From: Eledone cirrhosa
Taxonomy: Eukaryota
Reading direction: 5' to 3'
Assembly (NCBI GenBank): GCA_964016885.1
Contig: OZ024742.1
Coordinates: 264,058,001-264,122,000, forward strand
DNA: 64,000 bases
The translations under genes were made by a program, and so were the position numbers. Positions 1 through 14,362 of the stretch are shown here, one piece after another. Every line of letters begins with the position of its first letter. Position 1 is the stretch's first letter. The notes beneath the pieces were generated by a model. The model was given only the letters and a program-made list of their open reading frames with translations. It did no database searches and was not told where the DNA came from.

Positions 1-49
1 TAGAGTGGGATGAAAATGCCTCGGAAACGTGACCAGGGGTTCCAGCATC

Positions 50-930
50 TGGAGAGTTACTAACTAGATTTCCTGAATGCGCCAGTATGGACATGGAGCA
101 ATCTTGTAGAGTCATCTATATTGCATCGTATAGAGATATCGTAGGAAGTCCTCATTTACGGTGGTAGTGGACTCTCAAGGGACCGATTACGTTAGAATTG
201 GTAGCTTTTAGCAAAGAAATATCGATAAAAAAATTGAATTGAATTGGAGCTACTAGTTAAACTAGAAGAGGCGTTTAGGTGTGACATTACAAACGACGTA
301 CTATGAGCGAGAATGGCCATTCAACTCACACCATGAAAGCTGCATGTTAAGACAGGAGGAAACCCATACTCTTGTAGTATTTGTGCATTGCCGACCTGTG
401 GAGTTTTGCCGAACAACTGTTGTTATGTGTAGGGGGAATTCGACTACCGTCTGACTCCATCGTGAAGGTTGCTCTACCGCCTTATTTTAATCGGGACCTG
501 CTAGAAGTTTTCATATGTCTGTTGAAAGTGGTTTGGTGGGCGAGGATGAAAGTGGTTGTGGTGGACACGACAGGGTGGATTAAACGCAGGGACAGTGCTC
601 TTTGGCTAAATCCCAATCGACTTTTTAAATTTCCACTTGGAAAGAAAACTGAGAATGGGAGAGAGTACAGCTCCCCCAGTATATTTGTTAATAGATGGGT
701 TGATGTAACAAGAATAAGAATGATCCTACTCAATTGGCCTGCTCTGAACATGCGCCTATAGGCTAGATGGAATAGATAAGAGAAGGGTACTTGCCAATCG
801 TACCCTTGATGTTCAGGGTAATCGGGAATATGTGAGGTTTCTTGATTACCGTTCACTTTTGTTTTTCAGTTTTGTGCGTATCTCTACCATATTTATTGCA
901 AATAGACTTTTGATCATTCGACCAATTTGC
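50..930 (+). mobile_element. Multiply deleted, decayed Tx1/L1-clade LINE remnant (end of APE, linker, ORF2 C-terminus, 3' UTR)
   Basis: Segments resemble the Tx1 copies at 21.7-33.3 kb: tggacatggagcaatc ~ WTWTN, ctagaagaggcgtttagg, and ORF 381-761 ending FVNRWVDVTR..LNMRL vs FVERWVNVAR..LNIRL. Confidence 0.7.
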
Positions 931-949
931 AAATAAACGAAATAAAGAT

Positions 950-1050
950 AAAACGATAAAATAAAGTACCAGTAACACATTGGAATCGATTTAGTCGACT
1001 TTCCTCCCTTCCCTTCAAATTGCTGGCCTTGTGCCAAAAGTAGAAACAAT
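950..1050 (+). mobile_element. SINE 3' fragment
   Basis: cgataaaataaagtaccagt...gctggccttgtgccaaaagtagaaacaat matches the 3' half of the full SINE copies. Confidence 0.8.
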
Positions 1051-1099
1051 TCCTTTTTTTACTCACCAATTCGTTTCTGTTTTGCTGGAGTGAATCCCA

Positions 1100-2780
1100 C
1101 AGTCTTAGGTATCTAGCACTTTTCTTGTGGTTTTTGTTGTGTCAAGCAAAAGTGTTTTCTGCAGAGTCAGTAAATATTCGAAATTCAACATCTCGATATT
1201 CAACTTCTTGACACGTCCCCTATGGCTTTTATTAAGATTGGGATGATAACAACTTTACGGCAACTCCGAATTCTCTGAATTTCGTACTGTAGTTCCTGGT
1301 ATTTTTCTATGTCCTCACAAACAGACGAAGCAACATCGATTAAACAACACATCCTTTCCTCTTAATTGGGAGTAACAATATTTGTGTGTGAATGCTCCAT
1401 ATGCCTATCGTTTGAATTTCCATATCCCTTAATACCGTTAAATGGTTCTTTTCAAAGACAGATCCTGCTTCGTGATCATACCATGCTCAAATCCAAATAT
1501 TTTTCAATGTAATATTGTTGCAGCTTTGTCATTCCACTAATTCTTATAACTCTTTTAAGCAAGCAGTGCATATATCTCACATTTGAAGACTACATGCACG
1601 ACTAACGCTTCTCTTTCATCACACAGTCTACATACCGCCGAGATGTCTCTTGTACCTATATTCATTCTAATGTATCTCATTTTGAGTGCTTGATTCTGCA
1701 TCGCTAAGATTAACTTTCTTCAAAGCTCATTTTTTTAAACCAATGATTTCTCCTTTCGATACACTATAGTATTTTCAAGAAGCAAAAAAAACAAACATGT
1801 AAATCTATCCTTCAATTCATATCATAGCTTTCTAGTTCTGAAGACTTAATTGTTTTTTTTTTAATTTCTTTACTTAACTGCCCCTTTCTCCGTGCACCTA
1901 TTGAATTCGCCCTATCCCTGCGAGCAACATTATTCTTTAAACTCTCTACCCGAATTTTTACATAACTGTCCTCCTATATGTTAAAATATAATCTGTCAAC
2001 ATCTGCCTGCGGGTTTACGGCTCTGAAAATTGTCGGCAATGACCTTATTTTCTTCTTTAACTTTTCAAGGTTTTTGTTTGCTTAATTTATTACCACGGGC
2101 TATATCTAATGGACTTGAGTTTATGGAAATGGTGGCATTTATATCACTGAGCTTGGAATTTAATGTTTTCCCTACTCTTCTTTATAGAATCAATTTCCAA
2201 AACTTACAAATATTTATATGCATCATATATGTCAATCTCTCGTGACGTCTTAGTAAATTTCTTGCGTCACTTTTATGGTTTTATCCTTTTTTCGTCGCAA
2301 AAATCCCACACGAAACTCAATTTTGATGTCATTGCTAGACACTCACCGAATCGACAAGAGTATCCAGTCCTCTCTCAGTCTCATATAATTTTAGGTCATC
2401 CATGAACAACACTGATTAAATCTCTTTTGTCCGTTTCCTAGACTATATGGAGCTTTTACTTTTCTCATTTATAAAGAGAGTGGGGTGAGAGCAATGACGA
2501 ACAATAAAGATGATAGGCTATCACCATAAAAGAACCTCCGATCAATTATGGCTCCCTATTGTTACTTTTCTTTCCCAATATGTCATACTTATTATTATCA
2601 GTTCAGTGATGTTATATGCAATTTTGAACGCATTTTTGCATCTTCACAATCCAAAAATGAGGAACAATATTATACACTGACTTGTAATCCGTATTCTCTA
2701 TTGCTGAACCAGTCTACTTTCTCTTGCAATTTCTTATGATCATCTTGTCGACAATGGCAATGGTGGTATTTACACCATTG
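1100..2780 (-). mobile_element. Heavily decayed R4/Dong-like (RLE) non-LTR retrotransposon
   Basis: Minus-strand translation gives CCLIDVAS, IEKYQELQYEIQRI..KVVIIPILIKAIGDVS and LQKTLLLDTTKTTRKVLDT*, matching the RLE C-terminus of the copy at 33.6-36.6 kb. Left and right limits approximate. Confidence 0.65.
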
Positions 2781-3616
2781 AATTTATTCTTCATGAATTC
2801 CTCCGATACCTCTGTTTTTCATTTAGAAGTAGATTCTTTTCTTCCAGATATAAATGTTAGCCACAAATGTGCTTGTTAACATAGAAAAGACAAAATAAGT
2901 TCACTGACGCGACACGAACTACGAATCTGCTGCATGCCGGGGGACGAATTATCGTTTATGCTACAGCGTGTCATAGCTGTTGTGAGTGAAATATAGTAAA
3001 GTGAACTATACAACTAAGTGGTTTCTCGATCAACTGAATCATTGCTACTTGTCTTAACTATAGGTACATATTTACAACTATTGACACTTATTTTTGTTAT
3101 AGCTACTGAATCAACTAAATCCACTAAATTATTGATACCTTCTTTGACTATAACTACGAGACAGTAAACTACATAGCATTGTGGAACCTATTTACAGCTA
3201 GGTCAACTTGACTCTTGAATTTTTTTTTATTTATTGTTACAGTAAACTAAACTATATCCCGCTCTGGACCCTGCTTACAATTAGGTCAACTAGGCTGTTG
3301 ACAACTGTTTTTGGTTATAGCTACAGAGAGAGGACTATACCACACTGTGGTATTTACAACTATGTCGACTTGGTTGTTGACAGTACAATAAACAAGAACA
3401 CAGAGTGGTACCTACATACAGCCTGGTTGACTGAGTTATTGACAGTTAAGTGCACTCGACAAAGATATTTATGAGGGTGTAAGTAATCCCTTTCTAACAC
3501 TCCATAACTCATCACATACATATTTCATTCACTTCAATTCCTTCCTTGTCTACTACGCCACTCTAACAAATACCATAATAAATTCATTTCCACTAACTAT
3601 TATTTAAACCTACCAT

Positions 3617-3729
3617 GAGTTCAAATCACGCCGAGGTTGACTTTGCCTTTCATCCTTACGGGGTCGATAAAATAAAGTACCAGTAATGCACTGGATAATT
3701 GCTGGCCTTGTGCCAAAAGAAGAAACAAT
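3617..3729 (+). mobile_element. 5'-truncated tRNA-derived SINE with ~18-bp target-site duplication
   Basis: Starts at B-box gagttcaaatc. Flanked on both sides by attatttaaacctaccat. Confidence 0.85.
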
Positions 3730-4245
3730 TATTTAAACCTACCATTGCTATATCTCTAATGATGTACGCTGCTATGCGTTTCAATTAAGTTTAAAAATAA
3801 TCAAACATTCAGAGAAATTTAATAAATCAAATAATTTTCTCTAAGCTGATATTTATAACATTATTTCTGAAAAAAATCTATAAAGACATTATAATGAGAG
3901 GTTTCAATATAAGGTTAAGCATTTTAAAATGAGCAGTTTTGCATCATAATCCAGAATGGTTTCGTGATGTTTCCTTCCAAAAGAGTTAATACACACATTC
4001 TTTTACACGAAACATTTGTTCTCTTACTCTTCACGTCAAGCGTACTTATTGATACTCAACAAACTCTTATTTGGATGCAGTAAATTCGTGTCAATATATA
4101 CGTGAGTGGTTATGTATGTGTGTGTATGTGTGTGAACGTGTGTGATTGAAAATGATTTGGTTAGTCTCTATATAATTCAATATCTGTCCCTGATTTTCGG
4201 CTCACACTTTCTTTCTTCTTTCATTCTCTCCCCTCTCCCTTTCCT

Positions 4246-5901
<1,656 letters not shown>

Positions 5902-5990
5902 AGAGAACCGTTGAAATAATTATAATGAATAAACGATTTATGTAACATCAGCATCTTTATTAATGTCATATATATATATATATATATATT

Positions 5991-6181
5991 AATTGTTTCT
6001 ACTTTTGGCACAAGGCCAGCAATTACCCAGTGCATTACTGGTACTTTATTTTATCGACCCCGTAAGGATGAAAGGCAAAGTTAACCTCGGCGGGATTTGA
6101 ACTCAGATCATACAGGGAGGTAACTCTATGCTTCAAAGCATGGCGTCCGACGCTCTACCGATACTGCCATTCCACGGCCTT
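5991..6181 (-). mobile_element. Full-length tRNA-derived SINE
   Basis: A-box tggcagtatcgg, B-box gagttcaaatccc, body ctttgcctttcatccttacggggtcgataaaataaagtaccagt, 3' end tagaaacaat. Confidence 0.9.
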
Positions 6182-6220
<39 letters not shown>

Positions 6221-6234
6221 CACCTCTATTCTTT

Positions 6235-6313
<79 letters not shown>

Positions 6314-6324
6314 CTCTATTCTTT

Positions 6325-6360
<36 letters not shown>

Positions 6361-6510
6361 AAAGAATAGAGGTGTAACACACAAGTTATTATATATTGGT
6401 AAACGGAATAGAAAATGCTGACAAATTGTTCACAGTTGAAAAATGGTTTAATTAGGAATAAAAGAGTGATTGTATGGGTTAGCATTCAGTTGTGGTTTTA
6501 AGTTTTTAAG

Positions 6511-6548
6511 TTTTTACCGGTTGCGCATTTCTAAATGCTTTTCAAAAA
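6511..6548 (-). ncRNA. U3-A8 variant hammerhead, mutated (GAAA to GCAA)
   Basis: Minus strand reads ttt-TTGAAAA-gcatttagaaatgc-GCAA-ccgg-TA-aaa, with stem II gcattt/aaatgc. Confidence 0.6.
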
Positions 6549-6773
6549 TAATTTTCAGATAGAGTGTCCGTGCTGTTTGCTCTGATCTGATTAGTTTTGG
6601 GAATTCTACCTGTTTTTATGTTAAAAAAGTGGTCCAGCGTTACTTTCGTGTTGCAAAAATTCTTGTGGTCAAAACAATTTTGATTGGTCGGTAGAGGTCA
6701 TGTGAATAAAAAATTGGTTTTGCGCCAAGATTGAGAAATGACTCTTTCACAACAAATATGTGTGTGTGTGTGT

Positions 6774-6847
<74 letters not shown>

Positions 6848-7294
6848 TAGTAGTAGTAAGGTGTTCGATGTTGTGATAATGGTTAGCAGCGACGTGTGTG
6901 AAATGGCTATTAAGATAAGTGTGTGTGTGTGTGTGTGTATATAGCAGAGTAATTCGTGGTGGCAGGGATGGTCAGTAAGAATGTGTCTGAAAGCAATGGG
7001 GGGTATTTTAGCATGTCAAAAGATATTTTTCAGCTTTTGTCTTATACGGAGAAGTGCGTGTGTGTGTGTGTGTGTATATATAAGTCTCTTTGTATGTTGA
7101 TGTACGCGTGTGTATGTGTGTGTATATATATATATATATATGTGTGTGTGGGGGGGGGACCAGTATTTTTTCCTCCCTGGTAAAATGGTGTACATTATTC
7201 GATTTTTTCAGTAAAATCGGTTCTCTTAATCAAAAATCTTAACAATAAAAGGTGTGAAATGATATTCACTATATATATATACACATACATATAT

Positions 7295-7338
<44 letters not shown>

Positions 7339-7486
7339 CACACATATACATATATATATGCACATATATTTTTTTGTGTTGCACCATAGAGCATGTGTGT
7401 TTACGTATGTCATTGTGTTTATATGTGGGTAGAGATGTATGCTGATGTAGGTATGTATGTTGACGTGTGTATGTTGTGGGTTCGTC

Positions 7487-9721
7487 TTAGGGAGAAGTGT
7501 TTAGACGGGGTCCGTATTTGTTAATGAAGTAAGATTCCTTGCTGATGCGCTGGGTGTGGGTGGCATTATCTTTAAATTTGTAGAGGGGAAAGATTCTGAA
7601 GTTGGGATGATTTTGGGTGGCACAGGTATCAATGTGTTCACTCAGTGGTATTTTCCTGTATTCCCGTATTTTGATTTGGGATCTATGGACAGTCATGCGT
7701 TGGCGGAGGCTGTTTTTGGTCTGGCCTATGTATTGTTCTCGACAACCTGAACAAGTTAATACATATATTAGATTTTCCGATGCACATGTGAAATTGTGTT
7801 TTACTATAAAACGTTGTCCATCTTTGAAATAGAATTCCGAACCCTCTATTAGGTTGATGCAAATGCCACAGTTGGGTCTTTCGCATTTTTTTACTGTGGG
7901 TTTCGTTGTTGTGGTTGGCAGTATTTTGGCATGTGTTAAGATGTTTTTCACTGACTTGGATTGTCTTTTGCTCTTTATGATATCGTGTGTTCGTAGAATT
8001 TGGTTCATTCTATGGTCCTTTTTCAATACAGGGATGTTCTGGAGGATGGTGTCAAAGGCCTCATTGTTGAGGGGGTTGTGTGTGGAGATGTATGGAAGAG
8101 CTTTTAGCTTTAGTTGATTTACTTTAGGGTGTCTAAGGTCCTCGCTACTGAGTTTTAGGGCACGTTGGATTCCATTGTCAATTAGTGATGCAGGGTAGTC
8201 CCTGCCTATGAGTGTGTCCATTAGTTCTTGTAGCCGTAAGTAGCAGATGTTTTTATTGGAGACTATAGTACAGATTCTCTTGGCTAAGTTGTAGGGAATA
8301 TTAATTTTAACGTGTCTAGGGTGGCAAGAGTTGAAGTGGAGATATTGCTTGGAGTCTGTGGGCTTGTAGTATATGTCTGTTTCTATTTTTTTGTTATGGA
8401 TCTTAATGAGGATGTCGAGGAAGGGGAGTTGTAGATGGCTGTATTCCATTGTGAAGTTAATATTTGTGTTGAGCCCACTTATAAGGGTGTGAAATTCTTT
8501 AAGTTTTTCGATGTTTTCGTGCCAAAGGATGAAGCAGTCATCTAGATATCGCTTCCAGTTCCTTTCAATGTGTAAGTGGAGGGTGTTTCCAAATTTGTTT
8601 AGGACTTTAGTGTAGAGGGTGATTTCCAGGTATCCCATGACTAGGTTGGCATAAGTGGGGGCTATTTTCGTTCCCATAGCGGTCCCAGATTTCTGCCTGT
8701 AGGGTTTGTCATTGAAAACGAAGTAATTGTTCTCCAAGATAAATTTGAGTCCCTCTATCACGAATTCTTTTTTGATGCGTTGTGGGAGTTCATTGTGGAA
8801 ATTATCCAGCCAGAATTGGATAGCTTCTATTCCTAGGTTGTGGGGGATGTTGGAGTATATGTTGACTACATCGAACGTCACTAGTAGGGTTTGTTCAGAA
8901 AGTGGTATATTAGGGAGGTGATTGAGCATATCTAGGTCGTCCCTTATATAGCTTTTGATGTGCTTGAGGAAGGGTTTGAGAAGGGTATCAATGAAGTTGC
9001 TAAGACGGTGCGTTTCGCAAGCGGGGCCTGCTATTATAGGTCTTAATTTGAGATCATTGGGTGAGGGGACATTGATGACTATGTCTGTGGCTTCCTTGCA
9101 TGCCTTACTTATTGATTCGCTTTTATGTACTTTAGGGATACCGTAGAAAAGGCTGGATTTACTTGTGAAGTCTGTGATGAAGCTGAATTCCTTGTTAGTG
9201 AGTCCTTCTTTGTATTGGTTGATTAGAGTTTTTAGGTTTCTCATAATTTTCTGTTGATTGTAGTGTTCAGCCTTTTCGTAGTATGTTTCGTTTTCCAAAG
9301 TGGAGAGCGTTAAGTTGATATAGAATTCTGTCTCCATTAGGACTACTGTACTCCCTTTATCAGCCTCTTTAATTGTAATGGTTCTGTCGGTTTTTAATCT
9401 ATTTAATTCTTCCCATTCTTTCTTGTTGAGGTTTGGCTTGTGTTTTTGTCTGTGCAAGTGTTGGTAAGGGAAGTTTGTGATGTGTTCACAGAATTCGTCC
9501 AGGATTTTATTTCTACCTTTTGAAGGGGTGTAATTGCTTCTATTTCTGGCTAATGATTCATCCTCATTGTACTGGTCGAATAGTTGTTCACTAAGTCGTA
9601 ACTTTCTACAGAAGTCTGTGATGTCTTCCTTCATTTCATAGTAGTTAGGACGTAGTGGGGGTCGGTGTGAATTTAAGACCTTTGGAGAGTAAGTTGATAA
9701 GGTTGGGTGTTGGTTCTGCAC
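7487..9721 (-). CDS. PLE reverse transcriptase + Cys linker + GIY-YIG endonuclease
   Basis: Motifs ADKG, FYGIPKVHK, LRPII, FDVVNIYSNI, GTAMGTKIAPTYAN, catalytic RYLDD, FLD, YYKPTD, CERPNCGIC and LIYVLTC..YIGQT. The true N-terminus (KIINLTS..LSKGLKFTPTP) lies in another frame, with a frameshift near 9655. Confidence 0.93.
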   Translation of the reverse strand: MQNQHPTLSTYSPKVLNSHRPPLRPNYYEMKEDITDFCRKLRLSEQLFDQYNEDESLARNRSNYTPSKGRNKILDEFCEHITNFPYQHLHRQKHKPNLNKKEWEELNRLKTDRTITIKEADKGSTVVLMETEFYINLTLSTLENETYYEKAEHYNQQKIMRNLKTLINQYKEGLTNKEFSFITDFTSKSSLFYGIPKVHKSESISKACKEATDIVINVPSPNDLKLRPIIAGPACETHRLSNFIDTLLKPFLKHIKSYIRDDLDMLNHLPNIPLSEQTLLVTFDVVNIYSNIPHNLGIEAIQFWLDNFHNELPQRIKKEFVIEGLKFILENNYFVFNDKPYRQKSGTAMGTKIAPTYANLVMGYLEITLYTKVLNKFGNTLHLHIERNWKRYLDDCFILWHENIEKLKEFHTLISGLNTNINFTMEYSHLQLPFLDILIKIHNKKIETDIYYKPTDSKQYLHFNSCHPRHVKINIPYNLAKRICTIVSNKNICYLRLQELMDTLIGRDYPASLIDNGIQRALKLSSEDLRHPKVNQLKLKALPYISTHNPLNNEAFDTILQNIPVLKKDHRMNQILRTHDIIKSKRQSKSVKNILTHAKILPTTTTKPTVKKCERPNCGICINLIEGSEFYFKDGQRFIVKHNFTCASENLIYVLTCSGCREQYIGQTKNSLRQRMTVHRSQIKIREYRKIPLSEHIDTCATQNHPNFRIFPLYKFKDNATHTQRISKESYFINKYGPRLNTSP

Positions 9722-11072
9722 TAGTAAGATTGATAATTTTTATTACTCTCGGTTTCTCCTCCGTCTTGTGGTATTTTGTTTGCCTGTATCTGTGTGCTGT
9801 GTCTAAAAAATGGTTGGGGTAGAGGGGTTGTCTGCTGATGTTAAGTGGTCTCCTGTGTTTGTTATATTCCTTGTTGTTGTAAAATGTGGTTCGGGCTGGT
9901 GGTTTTAGATTGAATGGGGTGTTCCTGTACTGCGAGTATGGGTGTGTGTTTCTATGTGCCATGTTGTATTGTGGTGTTATAAGTGGCCTACGTTGTTGGT
10001 TGTATCGTGTGGTGTGGGTTTGTTGTGTATTGTGGAAGCGAGAGTTGAGAAAATGGTAATTACCTTGCTGTCCCCTTGAAGCGGGGAAGTTGTTACATCT
10101 ATCATGGCGGTGGTATCTTTTCCCTATGTTTGACGATGAGGCATCCACGTAGTAGTTGAGTGATTTGGTATGGTGTCTCCTTGAAGGGGGAAAGTTGTAA
10201 ATTTCATTCTGGGGGAGATGATTTCTTGGGTTTTTGTTCCTTCTTATGGTAGCGAGATTAGGAAGTTCATCTTCGGTGTGGTGCTTCCTTCTTCGTTTGT
10301 TAGAGGCTTGGGGGTTTGAGAAGTTGTTGTGCGGTTCAGTTATGGGTTTTCCTATTTTTATGAACGGGTTATTGGAGGTGTAATCCGTTTGAAAAGTCGA
10401 TTCATAGTGTAGGAACCAAGCGGCACTTTTTTCCCAGCGTTGAAGGGATTTCTCTGTTGCAGTCCCCTTTCCATAATTTGGAGATCTTCTCTACCTTGGA
10501 GCCTTCAGTTTTGTTGTTGATTTCCAGGAGGATCTCTTCATCGATGGTTTTGATTTTTTCCTCATTTGTCTGGGCCCTCAGTTTAAGAAGTTCAATTTCT
10601 GTCTTCATTTTTTCCAATGCCATTCTTTCCCTAAGGTGTCTTTGAGGTTCGGGTTCATTTGGAATGGACTTTATTTGTAGTTTACGGGGGAGAGTTGGAG
10701 GGGTTGAGTTAAGCCATTTTTCATATATCTCTGCTTTGTTGTGATTTTGTTTCATCTTCCAGAATGAGAACTTTCTGTCTCTGAGGGATTTGTTCCATTT
10801 TGGAATTGTTCGAATTTTCATTTTGTGTGAATCAATCTCACATGGTTCATCGTTGGTTTTTCCTGGGTTGGTAGTAGTGAACATAGTTTGGATAGTATCG
10901 CAAAGTTTTGGAGTTTGTCGCCGATTTCGGAGGGTTTGTATCCGGTGGCGGTTTCCTTATTTGTGGAGTCAAGTTTGTCGACCAGCAAAGATAGGTTGGT
11001 GTTGATTTTCTTGAGTTCCTGTAGGATCTCTTCATTTGAGTTGTTGAGAGTTGTATCCGTTTTTGTTGGCAT
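9645..11072 (-). pseudogene. Upstream PLE coding region (coiled-coil ORF1-like + basic low-complexity linker), frameshifted
   Basis: ATG at 11072 (MPTKTD..). ORFs 10818-11126, 10402-10884 and 9645-10148 join through frameshifts near 10830 and 10452. Helical K/E-rich segment RERMALEKMKTEIELLKLRAQ. Confidence 0.7.
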
Positions 11073-11237
11073 TTTCTGTATCTCGTGTGAGGATATGATA
11101 GTTAAAAGAATAGAGGTGTAACACACAAGTTATTATATATTGGTAAACGGAATAGAAAATGCTGACAAATTGTTCACAGTTGAAAAATGGTTTAATTAGG
11201 AATAAAAGAGTACTAGTGATTATTATATATATATTAT

Positions 11238-11320
<83 letters not shown>

Positions 11321-11323
<3 letters not shown>

Positions 11324-11985
11324 AAAGAAGATGAAATCGAAAATGCAACTGGAGTCTTTTAAAAAAAAAATATATTTATTTGGTTCCTTTACCGGTTTCG
11401 CAGTTCTTGCGCTTTTCAAAAGTAGAATTGAGATGGAGGGTTTGTGGTTTTCATTTATAACCAATCAAATTACATTTATAAAAAAAAAAGCCTTCGTGAG
11501 CCACCTTTTTTTAAGTAAAAATAAATTCAAACACAAACTGGCGCGTAAGCTGATGTGCTTATTCGCGTGACTGCATCAACCAATCAAACTTCACTCATAT
11601 ATGAAAAAACAATCTGAGCTCCCCTTCTTTTGAATGCAAATATAATAAGAACTTTGTTACGCGAACTGGCGCGAAATTTATTATACTTATTCACATGACA
11701 GTCAGCAACCAACCAAATTACTTCTAAAAAAACCTAGCATTTCGAGCCACTTTTTTTCATATAAAAGAGAAGTAACATTCAAACACCAACCAGATGTGAG
11801 AAAACCACAAACCCTCCATCTCAATTCTACTTTTGAAAAGCACAAGAACTGCGACACCGGTAAAGCAACCAAATAAATATATAAAAAAGAAAGACTCCAG
11901 TTGCATTTTCGATTTCATCTTTATTCCTTATACTTTCACTCGTGTAGGACACCTCGTTTTTTTTCTTTTTGTAAAAAAACCTCAC

Positions 11986-11992
<7 letters not shown>
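11321..11992. mobile_element. Non-coding fold-back PLE derivative with ~130-bp inverted arms, each with a U3-A8 hammerhead
   Basis: Arm 11321-11453 is the reverse complement of 11801-11930. Interior has ~120-bp diverged subrepeats. Flanked by (TA)n. Confidence 0.8.
11387..11422 (-). ncRNA. U3-A8 variant minimal hammerhead, intact core
   Basis: ctt-TTGAAAA-gcgcaagaactgc-GAAA-ccgg-TA-aag. The mirror copy at 11830-11865 (+) has GACA instead of GAAA. Confidence 0.65.
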
Positions 11993-12055
<63 letters not shown>

Positions 12056-12546
12056 GTGTTACTGGTCAGTCGCTGATGCGTAAACACAGATCGCTGGACT
12101 TCTTCCTTGTTAAAAATCCAAGTATCGGCCTCCGTCGTTTACCATTCGATTAATTGGTGAAATATATTTCTTTAATGGAATATATACAGGGAAGATTAAT
12201 CATATTATAAGATATCTATTTTTGAAGTTCTGGTCAGCTTTATGTAGTTACCTACCTAGCTATGTGTGCTTACACACTTGTAAAAATTATCCCCTGTGAT
12301 TGTTTCATATGTTTATTTATATGTTAATCAATTTCTAGTTGTTATATATATATATATGTATATATATATGTGTGTGTGTGAGTGTGTGTGTGTGTGTGCG
12401 CGTGTGTGTGTGGTGACAGTTATCCTTCTCTATATCTTTTCATGCCTCTCTCTTCATCGATATGGCCATACTCACTCCCACTTGCCTCTCAATTACATCT
12501 TTCTCACTTTCATTTCTAAAGTGGTAGAAAATGAAACGTCCACACA

Positions 12547-12581
<35 letters not shown>

Positions 12582-12698
12582 TACTCGCGCACATATATAC
12601 ACACACACATATCTAATGATACAGTTTCAAACACACATAGATAAATAGACAGCAGTACAGGTAAATAGTTGTCAAATATAAACGTTCTAATTTATATG

Positions 12699-12825
<127 letters not shown>

Positions 12826-13014
12826 ATATACAGACATGGCTTAAAAGAGGATGTTTGCGTAATTGCAAACGAATCGAATATTATTATTAATATTCGAAAA
12901 GCTCAGATTACATTTATTGTATTTACCCATGTAGAGCGATAACTAGTGTTTAGTTATTTGAATATGACAAAGCTGGCCATTACTCGCTCGTATACATGAA
13001 GCTGACTGGTCTAT

Positions 13015-13562
<548 letters not shown>

Positions 13563-13567
13563 TATGT

Positions 13568-13650
<83 letters not shown>

Positions 13651-13773
13651 GTGACGAAACATAAGTCAATTGCATGAACTCATAATCCTTTATTTACTGC
13701 TATATATATTTCGATGATAGCCATTGAATGGCTATGACCTCATCAGGCAGTTAGTCAGTTCTTAGATATGCCA
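13651..13773 (-). mobile_element. PLE 3' terminus (pLTR fragment) with hammerhead
   Basis: Nearly identical to 60873-60995 in inverted orientation. Ends in (TA)n. Confidence 0.85.
13696..13751 (-). ncRNA. Type I hammerhead ribozyme
   Basis: actgc-CTGATGA-ggtcatagccattcaatggctatcatc-GAAA-tatata-TA-gcagt. 5-bp stem I, ~10-bp stem II, palindromic loop III. Confidence 0.88.
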
Positions 13774-14362
13774 TCTCTGTATTTATAGTGTTGAACATAA
13801 CAGGAATGCAAGGAAAATCTGCAGAGAAAGGAAAGTGTTAGAAAATGAAAGGCGCACACAATACACACACAGACACACGCACACACTCACACACGCACAC
13901 GCACACAAATACTCGCGCACATAAATACACACACACATAGCCACTGATATGAATGAAAAATGGTGAGCTGTATTGTTGCAAAATTCACTGTAAATACAGT
14001 CTACTCTCAAAACATATCAGAGGACCTATTAGAATTTTGTCTACATAACTCCTGGTAAGTTATGGAGCAGCGTACGGCTGTTTGCATGATAAAATCAAAT
14101 ACATCTCTTGGGTAAACAAATACATGCCTCATTTACAATGACATTAATCTATCTATCAAGTTATACATGCATATATAATTCATATATAATTCATTGCACC
14201 ACCCTACATATAAGTTAGACAGATCCCTTATGTTAATAAATTAATCCTATATATATCTGATGTTATTACTCTATACATTTAATTACAGATGCATATATAA
14301 TTCACTGCCGTATCTAGTATTTAAAGTTTATATAGACTGTATTATATTTCTATCACTATATA

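Larger units (their letters stand above)
6354..11211 (-). mobile_element. Near-complete Penelope-like element (Neptune-like) with pseudo-LTRs, inserted in (TA)n
   Basis: Identical 114-bp direct repeats at 6354-6467 and 11098-11211, an RT + GIY-YIG ORF, and a microsatellite-rich 3' UTR with a hammerhead variant. Confidence 0.93.

Noticed and set aside
6354-11211. LTR retrotransposon reading of the 114-bp direct repeats
   Set aside because: No TG..CA ends, PBS, PPT or integrase; the RT + GIY-YIG identify PLE pseudo-LTRs.
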